IMG/VR virus record: IMGVR_UViG_3300035498_001578
Strand: one strand, 5' to 3'
Length of the DNA: 56,813 bases
Source of the DNA: an uncultured virus (IMG/VR IMGVR_UViG_3300035498_001578)
Taxonomy: Duplodnaviria > Heunggongvirae > Uroviricota > Caudoviricetes
Below, in pieces: positions 20,718 to 29,881 of this stretch. The notes beneath the pieces are model-generated. The model did not search any database. It saw nothing but the letters and a program-made list of their open reading frames with translations, and had not been told where the DNA came from. The position numbers and the translations under genes were made by a program. How positions within the stretch are numbered: the stretch's first letter is position 1; each line of letters opens with the position of its first letter.

Positions 20718-21227
20718 ATGAAATATTACTATTTGTATGAAAAAAGATTGGGCAATAAATATGGCAATAGAATAAGTTGTTTTAGTAGCTTGGTAAAATA
20801 TTTACCTAATTACAAAATTTCTTATTACCCTATTTATTTGCTTATGTTTTTACATAAATTAGTTCTTTATGATTCTTTAATTATTAAAGACTATAAAATA
20901 CTTAATAAAAAAATTATTGATGATTTAAATAAAGAGCTATTTCATTTAGTAATAAATGGGATAGAAATCAACACTCCTGTTGAAAGCGATAAGTTAAGAT
21001 ATAATGGATTACCACCTAATTATTGTTTTGTAAACAATATTTTAACCAAAGAAGAATTTGATATGGTTGATAATGTTTTTTCTAAATATAAAGAAGATAT
21101 TGATTATGAAATAATAGATTTTGCTTTTTATTTTCAAGAAGAACAAGCAGCACAAGAATTTATTAAGTATATAAGAACAACATATCAGGCGTATGGTGAA
21201 TTTGTTGTAATGGTTCAGGAAGTGTGA
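20718..21227 (+). CDS. expanded paralog family protein
   Basis: LFHLVING, LTKEEF, FSKYKEDIDY; start moved to ATG 20718 after AAAGGA. Confidence 0.78.
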   Translation: MKYYYLYEKRLGNKYGNRISCFSSLVKYLPNYKISYYPIYLLMFLHKLVLYDSLIIKDYKILNKKIIDDLNKELFHLVINGIEINTPVESDKLRYNGLPPNYCFVNNILTKEEFDMVDNVFSKYKEDIDYEIIDFAFYFQEEQAAQEFIKYIRTTYQAYGEFVVMVQEV

Positions 21228-21231
21228 TTCT

Positions 21232-21738
21232 ATGGCTAAATATATTTATGTTGTATGTCCTCACAGTTGGAATGGTGATATAATAACAAGTCCAAATCAA
21301 GGATTTAATGCTAAATACCTAATGGAACAAACAAATTGTTCTTTTGATACCGCTAATGAAATTATAAGTAAATTTAAATGTTACAAATTCAAAAGATTTG
21401 TAATATATAATGATGAAATAATTAAATCTCTAACCGCAGGGGTGTTTCATTTAATCTTACAAAATAAGAAAATGAAAATAGAGAAAACCCAAACAAATAG
21501 ATTGTTATTCAATAAGGGTAGAGATTTATTTTATTCCTACTTACACAAGAAATTCGATATGAAAGAATGTAAATATATAGAAAATATCATTATTAAAAAC
21601 TTTAAAGAAAATAAAGACTATATAATTGATGATGAATCTATAGCATTTGCTACTAAATCAGCAGCAAAAGAATTTTCTGATTACTTAGAAACCAACTATG
21701 ATATTTCAACCGTACTTATAACCTGTATAAGAGATTAA
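21232..21738 (+). CDS. expanded paralog family protein
   Basis: FHLILQ, LLFN, NFKENKDY. Confidence 0.78.
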   Translation: MAKYIYVVCPHSWNGDIITSPNQGFNAKYLMEQTNCSFDTANEIISKFKCYKFKRFVIYNDEIIKSLTAGVFHLILQNKKMKIEKTQTNRLLFNKGRDLFYSYLHKKFDMKECKYIENIIIKNFKENKDYIIDDESIAFATKSAAKEFSDYLETNYDISTVLITCIRD

Positions 21739-21841
21739 AACGTCATATAAGAGGTTTTTAAATGAACAATGAATAAATACACAATCAAATATTAAAACCC
21801 TCTTAAAAGCAATCCTGAGGGCTTAGAAAGGAGGTTTAGAA

Positions 21842-22381
21842 ATGACTGTCTATAAAGTCGTTGGATATGATTCTTCTCCATATAGAGAAGAATACAAAGA
21901 TAAATTTATGTTTTATCCATCGTTTAATTGGGATTGGTATGCTTATGATTATCTATATAATTTATTATTACAGAAGCACTTAACTTCTTTGTTAGATAAA
22001 TATGATGATTTAATAACATTTAATTCCTATTCTATTAAAAATCAAAAAGCTTTTGGTGTATTGAAGAAAAAATGGTTACATCATATTATCGCAGGTAATT
22101 TAAGTATGAACGTACTTGGTAATCGTGGTAATAATTATTTGGTTTTCAATAGAGATTATATAACATTGGATGAGCTGTGTTTTGATAAGAAATTAACCAT
22201 TGCTGAAATTAGGCAGATGGAAAAAGATATAAGAAGGAATCTTGTTCTTGGAGAAGATTATAGTATCCATGAAAAGAATTTCTACTTTAAAAGAAAACAT
22301 CAAGCATTAAAGTTCATTAAGGAATTATGCGAAGCAACAGACCATAAATTTAACTTTTATGTTACTCCTGTCGTATTTTAA
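21842..22381 (+). CDS. expanded paralog family protein
   Basis: HHIIAG, LTIAEI, GEDY...FYF. Confidence 0.78.
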   Translation: MTVYKVVGYDSSPYREEYKDKFMFYPSFNWDWYAYDYLYNLLLQKHLTSLLDKYDDLITFNSYSIKNQKAFGVLKKKWLHHIIAGNLSMNVLGNRGNNYLVFNRDYITLDELCFDKKLTIAEIRQMEKDIRRNLVLGEDYSIHEKNFYFKRKHQALKFIKELCEATDHKFNFYVTPVVF

Positions 22382-22423
22382 TATTTAAAAAATATTTATA
22401 TTAAAAAAGAAAGGAAAGTAACT

Positions 22424-22981
22424 ATGATTTATTTTACAAGCGATTTGCATTTCGGGCATAAGAATGTTATAAACTTTGATAAACGCCCGTTTAAAACTAC
22501 TGAGGAGATGGATAATTTTATAATCAATAATTGGAACAAAACAGTCAGTACTAATGATACGGTTTATATATTAGGCGATATTTCTTTTCACGTTAATATA
22601 GAAGATGTTGTCAATAACATACAGCAGCTTAAAGGAAGTAAAATATTAATAAAAGGAAATCACGACAACGAATATTATAAAAAAGATATCTTTAAGGGGT
22701 GTTTTGTTGATATAAAGGATTATCACGAATTTAAATATAACCATAAACTTTTCGTTTTATCTCATTATCCTATGTTGTTTTATAATCACCAACACAGTAA
22801 TGGTATTATGTGCTATGGTCACGTACATAATTCTATTGAAGACGAATACATACAGTACTTTAAAGAATATTTAAAGGAAAAAGATATTCCGTGTAAAATG
22901 ATTAATGTAGGAATAATGAATAATGAATACAGACCCATATCAATAGATGACCTTATAAAGAAAGTAGAGGAAAAGAAATGA
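22424..22981 (+). CDS. calcineurin-like metallophosphoesterase (phage type)
   Basis: SDLHFGH, LGD, GNHD, HYP, GHVH, NVG motifs. Confidence 0.92.
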   Translation: MIYFTSDLHFGHKNVINFDKRPFKTTEEMDNFIINNWNKTVSTNDTVYILGDISFHVNIEDVVNNIQQLKGSKILIKGNHDNEYYKKDIFKGCFVDIKDYHEFKYNHKLFVLSHYPMLFYNHQHSNGIMCYGHVHNSIEDEYIQYFKEYLKEKDIPCKMINVGIMNNEYRPISIDDLIKKVEEKK

Positions 22982-23424
22982 GAAATTTATATTTTTACAT
23001 AATAGTACTTTTAATATTTGCATACTTAGAAAAAAGAAAGAGTTATTTTATACAGGAACTTGAGAAAGAAAACAAATCTGTTTCAACTGCTTGTTATGCA
23101 GCGTATACTTTACTGAATTTATTCATTGCATTAATACCATTCGTCAATCTACTGGTGCTTTATTTCATTATTTTTGAAAAACCATTGATAGATAAGGCGA
23201 TTAAAGGTATAATTAAGTCAGATTCAGAATCTCCTGTGGAAAATGAAGTGGAAAAAGAAATAATTGATGAAAAAAAACAAGAAGAAGAAATTGATGAATT
23301 ATTAGAAAAATTAAAAGTAAGTAAAGAAAAACCAAAAAGAAAAAGAAAAACTAAGCCTGCTTCTGTTGCTTTATATGAAAAGGTAACAAGTCAAGAATTG
23401 GAGGTTCAAAACCCTGAGAAATAA
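22978..23424 (+). CDS. hypothetical membrane protein
   Basis: Two hydrophobic segments and a charged tail; ATGA overlap with previous gene. Confidence 0.7.
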   Translation: MRNLYFYIIVLLIFAYLEKRKSYFIQELEKENKSVSTACYAAYTLLNLFIALIPFVNLLVLYFIIFEKPLIDKAIKGIIKSDSESPVENEVEKEIIDEKKQEEEIDELLEKLKVSKEKPKRKRKTKPASVALYEKVTSQELEVQNPEK

Positions 23425-24588
23425 AGGGTTTTGAGAAAAATTACAAAGACCGTTTGAAATATAACGGTCTTATTTTTTTATAAAAAAGCCCTAAAATAGG
23501 GCTTTTCTTATTAAACCATTTAATAAAAACAGGGGAGCTAGATTGTTAAAAATTTAACAATATTGTACAAGTTTTTAACAATTGAAATAATTTAGTATGA
23601 GTTACCAATAATTACCAATTTTATGGTTGATTATAATATATATAAGAAAAAACTATTATATTAAATTTTTAATTATTTTCAATATTCCATAGTGTATGTA
23701 TTATAAATTAGGTAAAAATAGCCTTAATAAATGGTTTAATAAGCGATTTTTAACATTGTGCAAATTGTACATTATTTGGCTTAAAAGTTTGTAAAAAACA
23801 CCGAAATCTATTTATTTTGCACAAATCTATTGACTTTTATAGGCATTCGTGATATAATCGTATCTGTAAGGCAAAAAGGAAGAGAAAAATAGATATATAA
23901 CATTAAAGTTATAAAATCTATAATTAAAATCCTATATAACAGGAAAAAGCTATACGCCATATAGGAAAAATGTGATAATGCAGAAATGGTTTGAAAAATC
24001 AAACTTTTTTGAAATTTTTGAGAAATTGTTTTTTTGACTGAAATCTAAATCGGTCAAGAAAATTAAGAAGAATTTTCTAATCTTACTTAATATAAAGTAA
24101 ATAAATTTCTCCAATAGAGGAACAATTAAGAAAATTCACTCTTAAAAACTTTTTATAAAGAACCTTCTATTATATATTCAAATATACTTAAATATAAATT
24201 TTCTTTAATATAGTAAAGAATCATATATTTACTTATTAAGGGAAATTTATTTTTTTGAGTAGATATAGAAACAACTTGTAAAGTGCATATAAGTTTTTCT
24301 ATATATGAAGTGCTAATTGTTTTCATATAGAAAAGAATTTTATATAGACAAATAAAAAGAAATAAATATAAAGATTTAAATAAATATTTTTTGAAAATAA
24401 AAATCTTTTTAAAAAGCCTTTTAAACATAAGTAATTATAGGGTTTTAAAAAATAAAAAATATTTTTAAAAAAATTTTAAAAAAGTACTTGACAAAACAAA
24501 AGTTTTGTTATATAATACAATATGTAAGGTGATTAAACGCCTTAACAATGATGAATAAGATTTCTTATTTATCTTACGTACATTGAAA

Positions 24589-24849
24589 ATTGATATTTGT
24601 GTTAAAAATAGTTTTTTATTTGGATTAGTCATAGTGACTAGCCTCCTTTCAATATTTTAATTTATTTTAGCTATTTGCAAATATCAATCCTGAATAATTA
24701 TAAAACATTTGAGGAATTGCTAATATGTGAATTTAGTTTTCATAATAGTGGAATGATTGACCTCCTTTCATAATGTAGTTATAAGTTTTTTGTTTACGCA
24801 AACATATAATTTTGTTAGTCAAAAAGTTCCTTGAATGTTTTTATAATTA
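24589..24849 (+). ncRNA. two long hairpins with anti-SD (CCTCCTTT) in their loops
   Basis: Promoter 24488-24516; stems ATTGATATTTG/CAAATATCAAT and TAATTATAAAACATT/AATGTTTTTATAATTA. Confidence 0.45.
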
Positions 24850-24861
24850 TAAAGGAAATAA

Positions 24862-24946
24862 GCGGTTGTGGTGGAATAGGTAGACACAAGGGACTTAAAA
24901 TCCCTCGCTTGTAATGAGCATACGGGTTCGACTCCCGTCAGCCGCA
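24862..24946 (+). tRNA. tRNA-Leu(TAA), long variable arm, no encoded CCA
   Basis: GCGGTTG/CAGCCGC acceptor, AGGGA-CTTAAAA-TCCCT anticodon arm, ACGGG-TTCGACT-CCCGT T arm. Confidence 0.95.
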
Positions 24947-25090
24947 TTTATAGTTTATAAAAAGTATATATAGTTTTTATTTGTTTTTGGATAAGCATTA
25001 TTTCTATTACATATACTTTTTTAATATTATTTGTAATAAATCTATCTAATACATTGGTTTGTTAATAACAAATAATCATAAACTATAATA

Positions 25091-25930
25091 TTGTCTACGG
25101 ACAGTGAAGATAGTTTTAAATAACTATCTTTCCCATTGCGTAAGGGGGTAAAAGATACGATAACCAAGTATCGCTTGTAATGAAAATTACATATAATTGC
25201 AATGGGACACTTAGAGGATAATTAAATTCTCTGTATAGCAAGTGCTATGCAAAAGTGAAACTTAATATATAAATAATATAATTAGTTTTTCAAAATGGGA
25301 AACTTCCGCAACTCCCGAAAAACTACCCTTTAAGGGTATACCCCATTAGGGTAATTTAATTGTATTTATTAAAATTAAGAAGTTCGTGAGGATAAGAAAT
25401 TATTCTTTGAGAACTGCATAAGACTAACGAACTTATGTGAAATATCTAATAATAATTCTGATAACTAATAATGAATCAAATCATTATTGACCTTCGGATT
25501 TATTTTCTTATCTTTAGTAACGGGAGATAAGAGTAAAAGTTAAACTGTTTCTAAAAAATCTTTTAAAGACTTTCTAAGAAACGACCTAACGTATTTTATA
25601 AATCGTTACAGGTTAAGACTTCCCTCTTGGATTGGAAGTTGGTATCACCCTTTGGTTTTTGATATTTTTCAACAAAGGGTATCTGAATGTACTATGAAAA
25701 ACAAACATTGTTTACCCAAAATATTTCTAATATAACCTATGTATATAGGGTGTATGTGTATAGATTTGTTTTTATATTGTAGCTTTCTCCTATAAAGATT
25801 TTTCTATATATATGCTAACGGTTCAGAAGTAAGTGATTACAATTATGAGTAATGAAGCCTAAATCTTTTTTAGAATTAGTTCTTCTAAAGACAAGGTGAA
25901 ACCGTGCCATTATTCCAAGTGGTGTGCAAT
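25091..25930 (+). ncRNA. giant structured ncRNA, ROOL-like (GOLLD not excluded)
   Basis: ORF-free, more than 15 local and long-range helices (CCCATTGC/GCAATGGG, AAGTTCGT/ACGAACTT, ACCCTTTG/CAAAGGGT, TCTGAA/TTCAGA); directly after a tRNA; segments resemble ROOL as recalled from memory; ends approximate. Confidence 0.6.
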
Positions 25931-26114
25931 ATTTCTTTTGAAAGAAAAGATAATAGAAGATGGATAATTAAAAAAATACTTATTCATTCAAGCATAATAT
26001 TATTTCATAGTATAAAAGATAAATAAAAAAATATCATCAATCCCTTGTAATTAAGTTTGCAAGGGATTCTTAAAAAGTTATTCCTTGTGTAAATATTTTA
26101 GTATATCAAGAGGA

Positions 26115-26150
26115 AGACGTACCATTCGGGTGGGTACGTCTTTTTCTTTT
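26115..26150 (+). terminator. intrinsic terminator closing the tRNA/ncRNA cluster
   Basis: AGACGTACC...GGTACGTCT followed by a T tract. Confidence 0.7.
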
Positions 26151-26816
26151 GTAATGATTTATATTTCTAATAAATTGTTTAATCTTACATAATTTATTTT
26201 TGCATAATAAAAAAGCAGTTCACAAAGAACTGCCCCTTAACAAACCAAATTATAAAAATCTATTATATGAAAGGAAAGACTCTACTATGGCAAAAAAGTC
26301 TTGCACAGTAAAAATAGATATTGTTATACCGAATATAATAGATAATTCTATTTTTTGAAAAAAATTATTATAGTACTTGACTTTTATAATATTATATATT
26401 ACTATATGTGTATGGATAAAACTCCTAACGGTAAAATTGTTCATTAAAAAAAAGTCAAGACAGAGAAAAAAAGTAGGTGGTTATTTATATAACCATCTAT
26501 TTTTTTATTAAAAATTATTTTGGAAAGTATTGACAATCATAAAAATATATGTTATTATATAATTGGCTTTGAGAAAAGCTTCATAATCTGTTTGATTTTC
26601 ATACGACTAAGTGCAATACAAAGAGATAGGTGATTTTAAATAATTACCTATTTTTTTGTTAAAGAAATTTTAAAAAAGTACTTGACAATATAAAAAAATG
26701 TGGTATAATAAGAACATAGACATTTTTTGCAATAAAACTTTCCACCTCTTTTGTAAAAATGGGAAGAAAAAGGACTACAATTAAGTAGTCCTTTTCTATT
26801 TATAAAAATTTATTTA

Positions 26817-28217
26817 TTAAAGTCTATTTAATATATCTTTTACCAAATCACTTCTAACACTTTCACCGTCTTTCAATGTAATCTGACAAGCTAAAGGACT
26901 ATCCTTCATTAATTCACTTGCCCAACTTAAACCATTGTTCTTTTCGTCAAGATATATATTATCTATTTGGTTTATATCTCCCAATATAATTATCTTAGTA
27001 TCAATACCAATTCTTGTTAAAATACCTTTCATTTGACTTACAGTACAGTTCTGAGCTTCATCAATAATAATAAACTGTTTATTAATACTTCTACCTCTCA
27101 TATAAGCAATAGCTTCTGCTGTAATTATATTCTGGTCAAATAAGTATTGTACCTTACCTTTTAATTCTTTCTCATTCTTATATCTTTCTTTTTCATTACT
27201 ATCTACTAAAGCTTCTAAGTTATCCATAAAGCCTCTTAAAAATGGATTTATCTTTTCTTCTTCTGTACCAGGTAAATAACCTATATCCTTACCCAAGCTC
27301 TCTACTTCTCTTGTTATTAAAATTCTTCTATAATCAGCATATCCATTAAAGGTTTGTTCTAATCCACAAGCTAATGTAATAAAATCTTTACCTGTACCGC
27401 TACCGCCTTGAAGTATAACCAATGGTATATCTTCTGCACTTCTCATCATTGCATCAATAGCAAATTTCTGACCTATATTCTTACCTGTTATACCGTATGG
27501 ATGATATTCATTTAATATAAATTCTATTTCAGTACAATCTTTTGTTATTATACCCATTAATGTAGAATTACTATCTTCTATTTTATGTATAAGCAAATAT
27601 TCATTAGGGTGGAATTCTCTGTTGCTCAATTCGCCCAATTCATTATATATATTATCTATTTCATCAATTTTAATTTTATTATCATTACTAAGAGCTTGAT
27701 TTATATAATTCTCAGATATATAGATTTCAGCTCTGCCTTTATATTCATTATCAACCTGTGTATTTTCATAATCTTCTGCTGTAATTCCCATTATGTCAGC
27801 TTTGATTTTTACATTTATATCTTTACTTATAATTATTACATTTTCGCCTGACTCTTTAAAGAATTTAGCAACCTGAATAATTCTATTATCGCTCTTAGAT
27901 TTTTCCCAACTCTCAGGTAAAGTCATATTGTAATGATTATTCTCAATCTTTAATATACCATAAGAATCATCAATTTCATTTATACGAATACCATCAATTA
28001 AAGTAGTATCTTCTAATTTACCTTTTTCTCTTAATTTATTTATTTCTCTACTTACAGCTCTTGCGTTATTATTGATATCTTTTTTACCCTTTTTAAAATT
28101 ATCAATTTCTTCAATAACAGCTTCTGTAAGTATAACTATATTATCTTCAAATTTATAAATACTTTGTGGGTCATCTAATAAGATGTTTGTATCTAATACA
28201 TAATATTTTTTATTCAT
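26817..28217 (-). CDS. phoH: PIN domain + PhoH-family ATPase (YlaK/PhoH2-like)
   Basis: VLDTNILL PIN start, GGSGTGK Walker A, GYLPG, MRGRS, IIDEAQN, GDINQID; ATG 28217 after GAGGTG. Confidence 0.93.
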   Translation of the reverse strand: MNKKYYVLDTNILLDDPQSIYKFEDNIVILTEAVIEEIDNFKKGKKDINNNARAVSREINKLREKGKLEDTTLIDGIRINEIDDSYGILKIENNHYNMTLPESWEKSKSDNRIIQVAKFFKESGENVIIISKDINVKIKADIMGITAEDYENTQVDNEYKGRAEIYISENYINQALSNDNKIKIDEIDNIYNELGELSNREFHPNEYLLIHKIEDSNSTLMGIITKDCTEIEFILNEYHPYGITGKNIGQKFAIDAMMRSAEDIPLVILQGGSGTGKDFITLACGLEQTFNGYADYRRILITREVESLGKDIGYLPGTEEEKINPFLRGFMDNLEALVDSNEKERYKNEKELKGKVQYLFDQNIITAEAIAYMRGRSINKQFIIIDEAQNCTVSQMKGILTRIGIDTKIIILGDINQIDNIYLDEKNNGLSWASELMKDSPLACQITLKDGESVRSDLVKDILNRL

Positions 28218-28382
28218 ATACACACCTCGAATGTCTTAATGTATTAAAGCAAAAAAATATTTCGCTTGTTATTATATAAATAAAAAATTGGGGTCTATAA
28301 AAAATAGAAAATATGTTTGTTTTTAAATTTATGTCTTGACATTATAAAATATTTGTGATATAATATTTTTACAGTGAAAATT

Positions 28383-28746
28383 AAATATAAGATAATTTAC
28401 TTCTAAAAAGAACAAAAATTCTAAAACCTATATACCGTACATATTATTTAATATGTATAGGTATATCAAATAATATTAATTGTCTTAATTCTTAATTTTC
28501 CTTATATGAAATAAATATATTAGTTTTTACTTCTATTTTATGGTTATAGTAAGTTAATGATGATTTTATTAAAACTAATGATTATTATTTCTGTATTATA
28601 ATTAAATATATTCTTTTTAAATATAAAACAATTTACTTCTAATTTAATTTAGGATATATAAAATGCTATATAAAACTTAATTGCTTTAATCGTTAAAATG
28701 AATATATAAAAACTCTGAACATTAGATATAATTTAGTTTACTTCTA
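28383..28746 (+). repeat. four spaced copies of A[AG]ATATA-N6-TTTACTTCTA in a noncoding unit
   Basis: Copies at 28383, 28513, 28619, 28724; between promoter 28336-28364 and terminator 28832-28858. Confidence 0.7.
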
Positions 28747-28910
28747 TTACAGTAAATATATTTCAACTCCAATTTAACTAAATTGCTTACTAATGTTTTT
28801 TATTTGGTCAACATCTTTTACTTTATATATTGGGCGAGATTTTTTCTCGTCCTTTTTTATTGACAAATAATAAAAAGTATGATATAATAATTACATAGGA
28901 GGTTATAAAT

Positions 28911-29264
28911 ATGAATTTTACTTTTTTTGGAAAACCTATAAGATTAGTTAATCAATTAAAGAAAAGAAATAATTTCCGTTGTGAATACAACAATATAATC
29001 ATTGAATCAGATTACGATGGAAATTCAGGATTTGAATGTGAAATATTTATAAAAGATACTGAATTTTATGTTTATTATGCTGATAAAACATTAAAAGACT
29101 CTATTCAGGGTGGACTTGATGATTTTGAAGAAGAAATTCGTAATATTATTTATGATATGAAAAAGAATATAGAAATCTTATCTACTATTCCTGATTTAGA
29201 TAAGAATGTAGATTTTTATTGTACGACCTGCGGTTGTAGATTGGCACATAAATTGTTAGAATAA
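28911..29264 (+). CDS. hypothetical protein with C-terminal CxxC
   Basis: Promoter and AGGAGG RBS. Confidence 0.75.
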   Translation: MNFTFFGKPIRLVNQLKKRNNFRCEYNNIIIESDYDGNSGFECEIFIKDTEFYVYYADKTLKDSIQGGLDDFEEEIRNIIYDMKKNIEILSTIPDLDKNVDFYCTTCGCRLAHKLLE

Positions 29265-29293
29265 AATTAAAGAGAATAGGAGTTGATTATTCA

Positions 29294-29779
29294 ATGTTTC
29301 AAATACCTTGTTTTACATATAATTATAATTCTGAATATACAGAGAAATTAAAAGGATTGTGTACTATTCCTATTATTCAAGGATTTACATTAAAGAATAA
29401 AGCTTTTAATGCTCATACTTGGGATTGGAATATGGTTTGTGAATATATAGATAAAAAAATTCCTGATGATATAAAGTTTTTACTTAAAATGAATGACTTA
29501 ATTTTATTTTACGAAGCAACTAATAGCCCTTCAGAAGTAAACATTCGTATCATGAAATATAAATCAACTGAAACCGTTAATACTTATAGATTGTTAGAAT
29601 ACTTTTCTATTGATACGGTTAAATATATTATTCGTAAATTAAAAAAATTTACTACTTGTAATTATTATGGTTTTGCTTTTGAAGATGAAAAATTATACAA
29701 TGAATTAAATGATGAAATAAATACAATGATGGAACAATATATAAAGGACAGCTATAAAAATCTTTTTGATTGGTTATAA
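29294..29779 (+). CDS. hypothetical protein, paralog of 12916 and 13385
   Basis: Shared motifs; AGGAG RBS. Confidence 0.75.
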   Translation: MFQIPCFTYNYNSEYTEKLKGLCTIPIIQGFTLKNKAFNAHTWDWNMVCEYIDKKIPDDIKFLLKMNDLILFYEATNSPSEVNIRIMKYKSTETVNTYRLLEYFSIDTVKYIIRKLKKFTTCNYYGFAFEDEKLYNELNDEINTMMEQYIKDSYKNLFDWL

Positions 29780-29881
29780 AAACTATTGACAAATAATAAA
29801 AAATGTGGTATAATAATTACAATGTTTTTAAGAGAGAAATTAAAAGAGATTTTTATAAAAGAGAAAGGTGGAAGGATAACT

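Noticed and set aside
25091..25930. Group I intron, RNase P or tmRNA as identity of the large RNA
   Set aside because: No flanking exons, P7 core, RNase P P4 signature or tRNA-like ends recognised; should still be tested with cmscan
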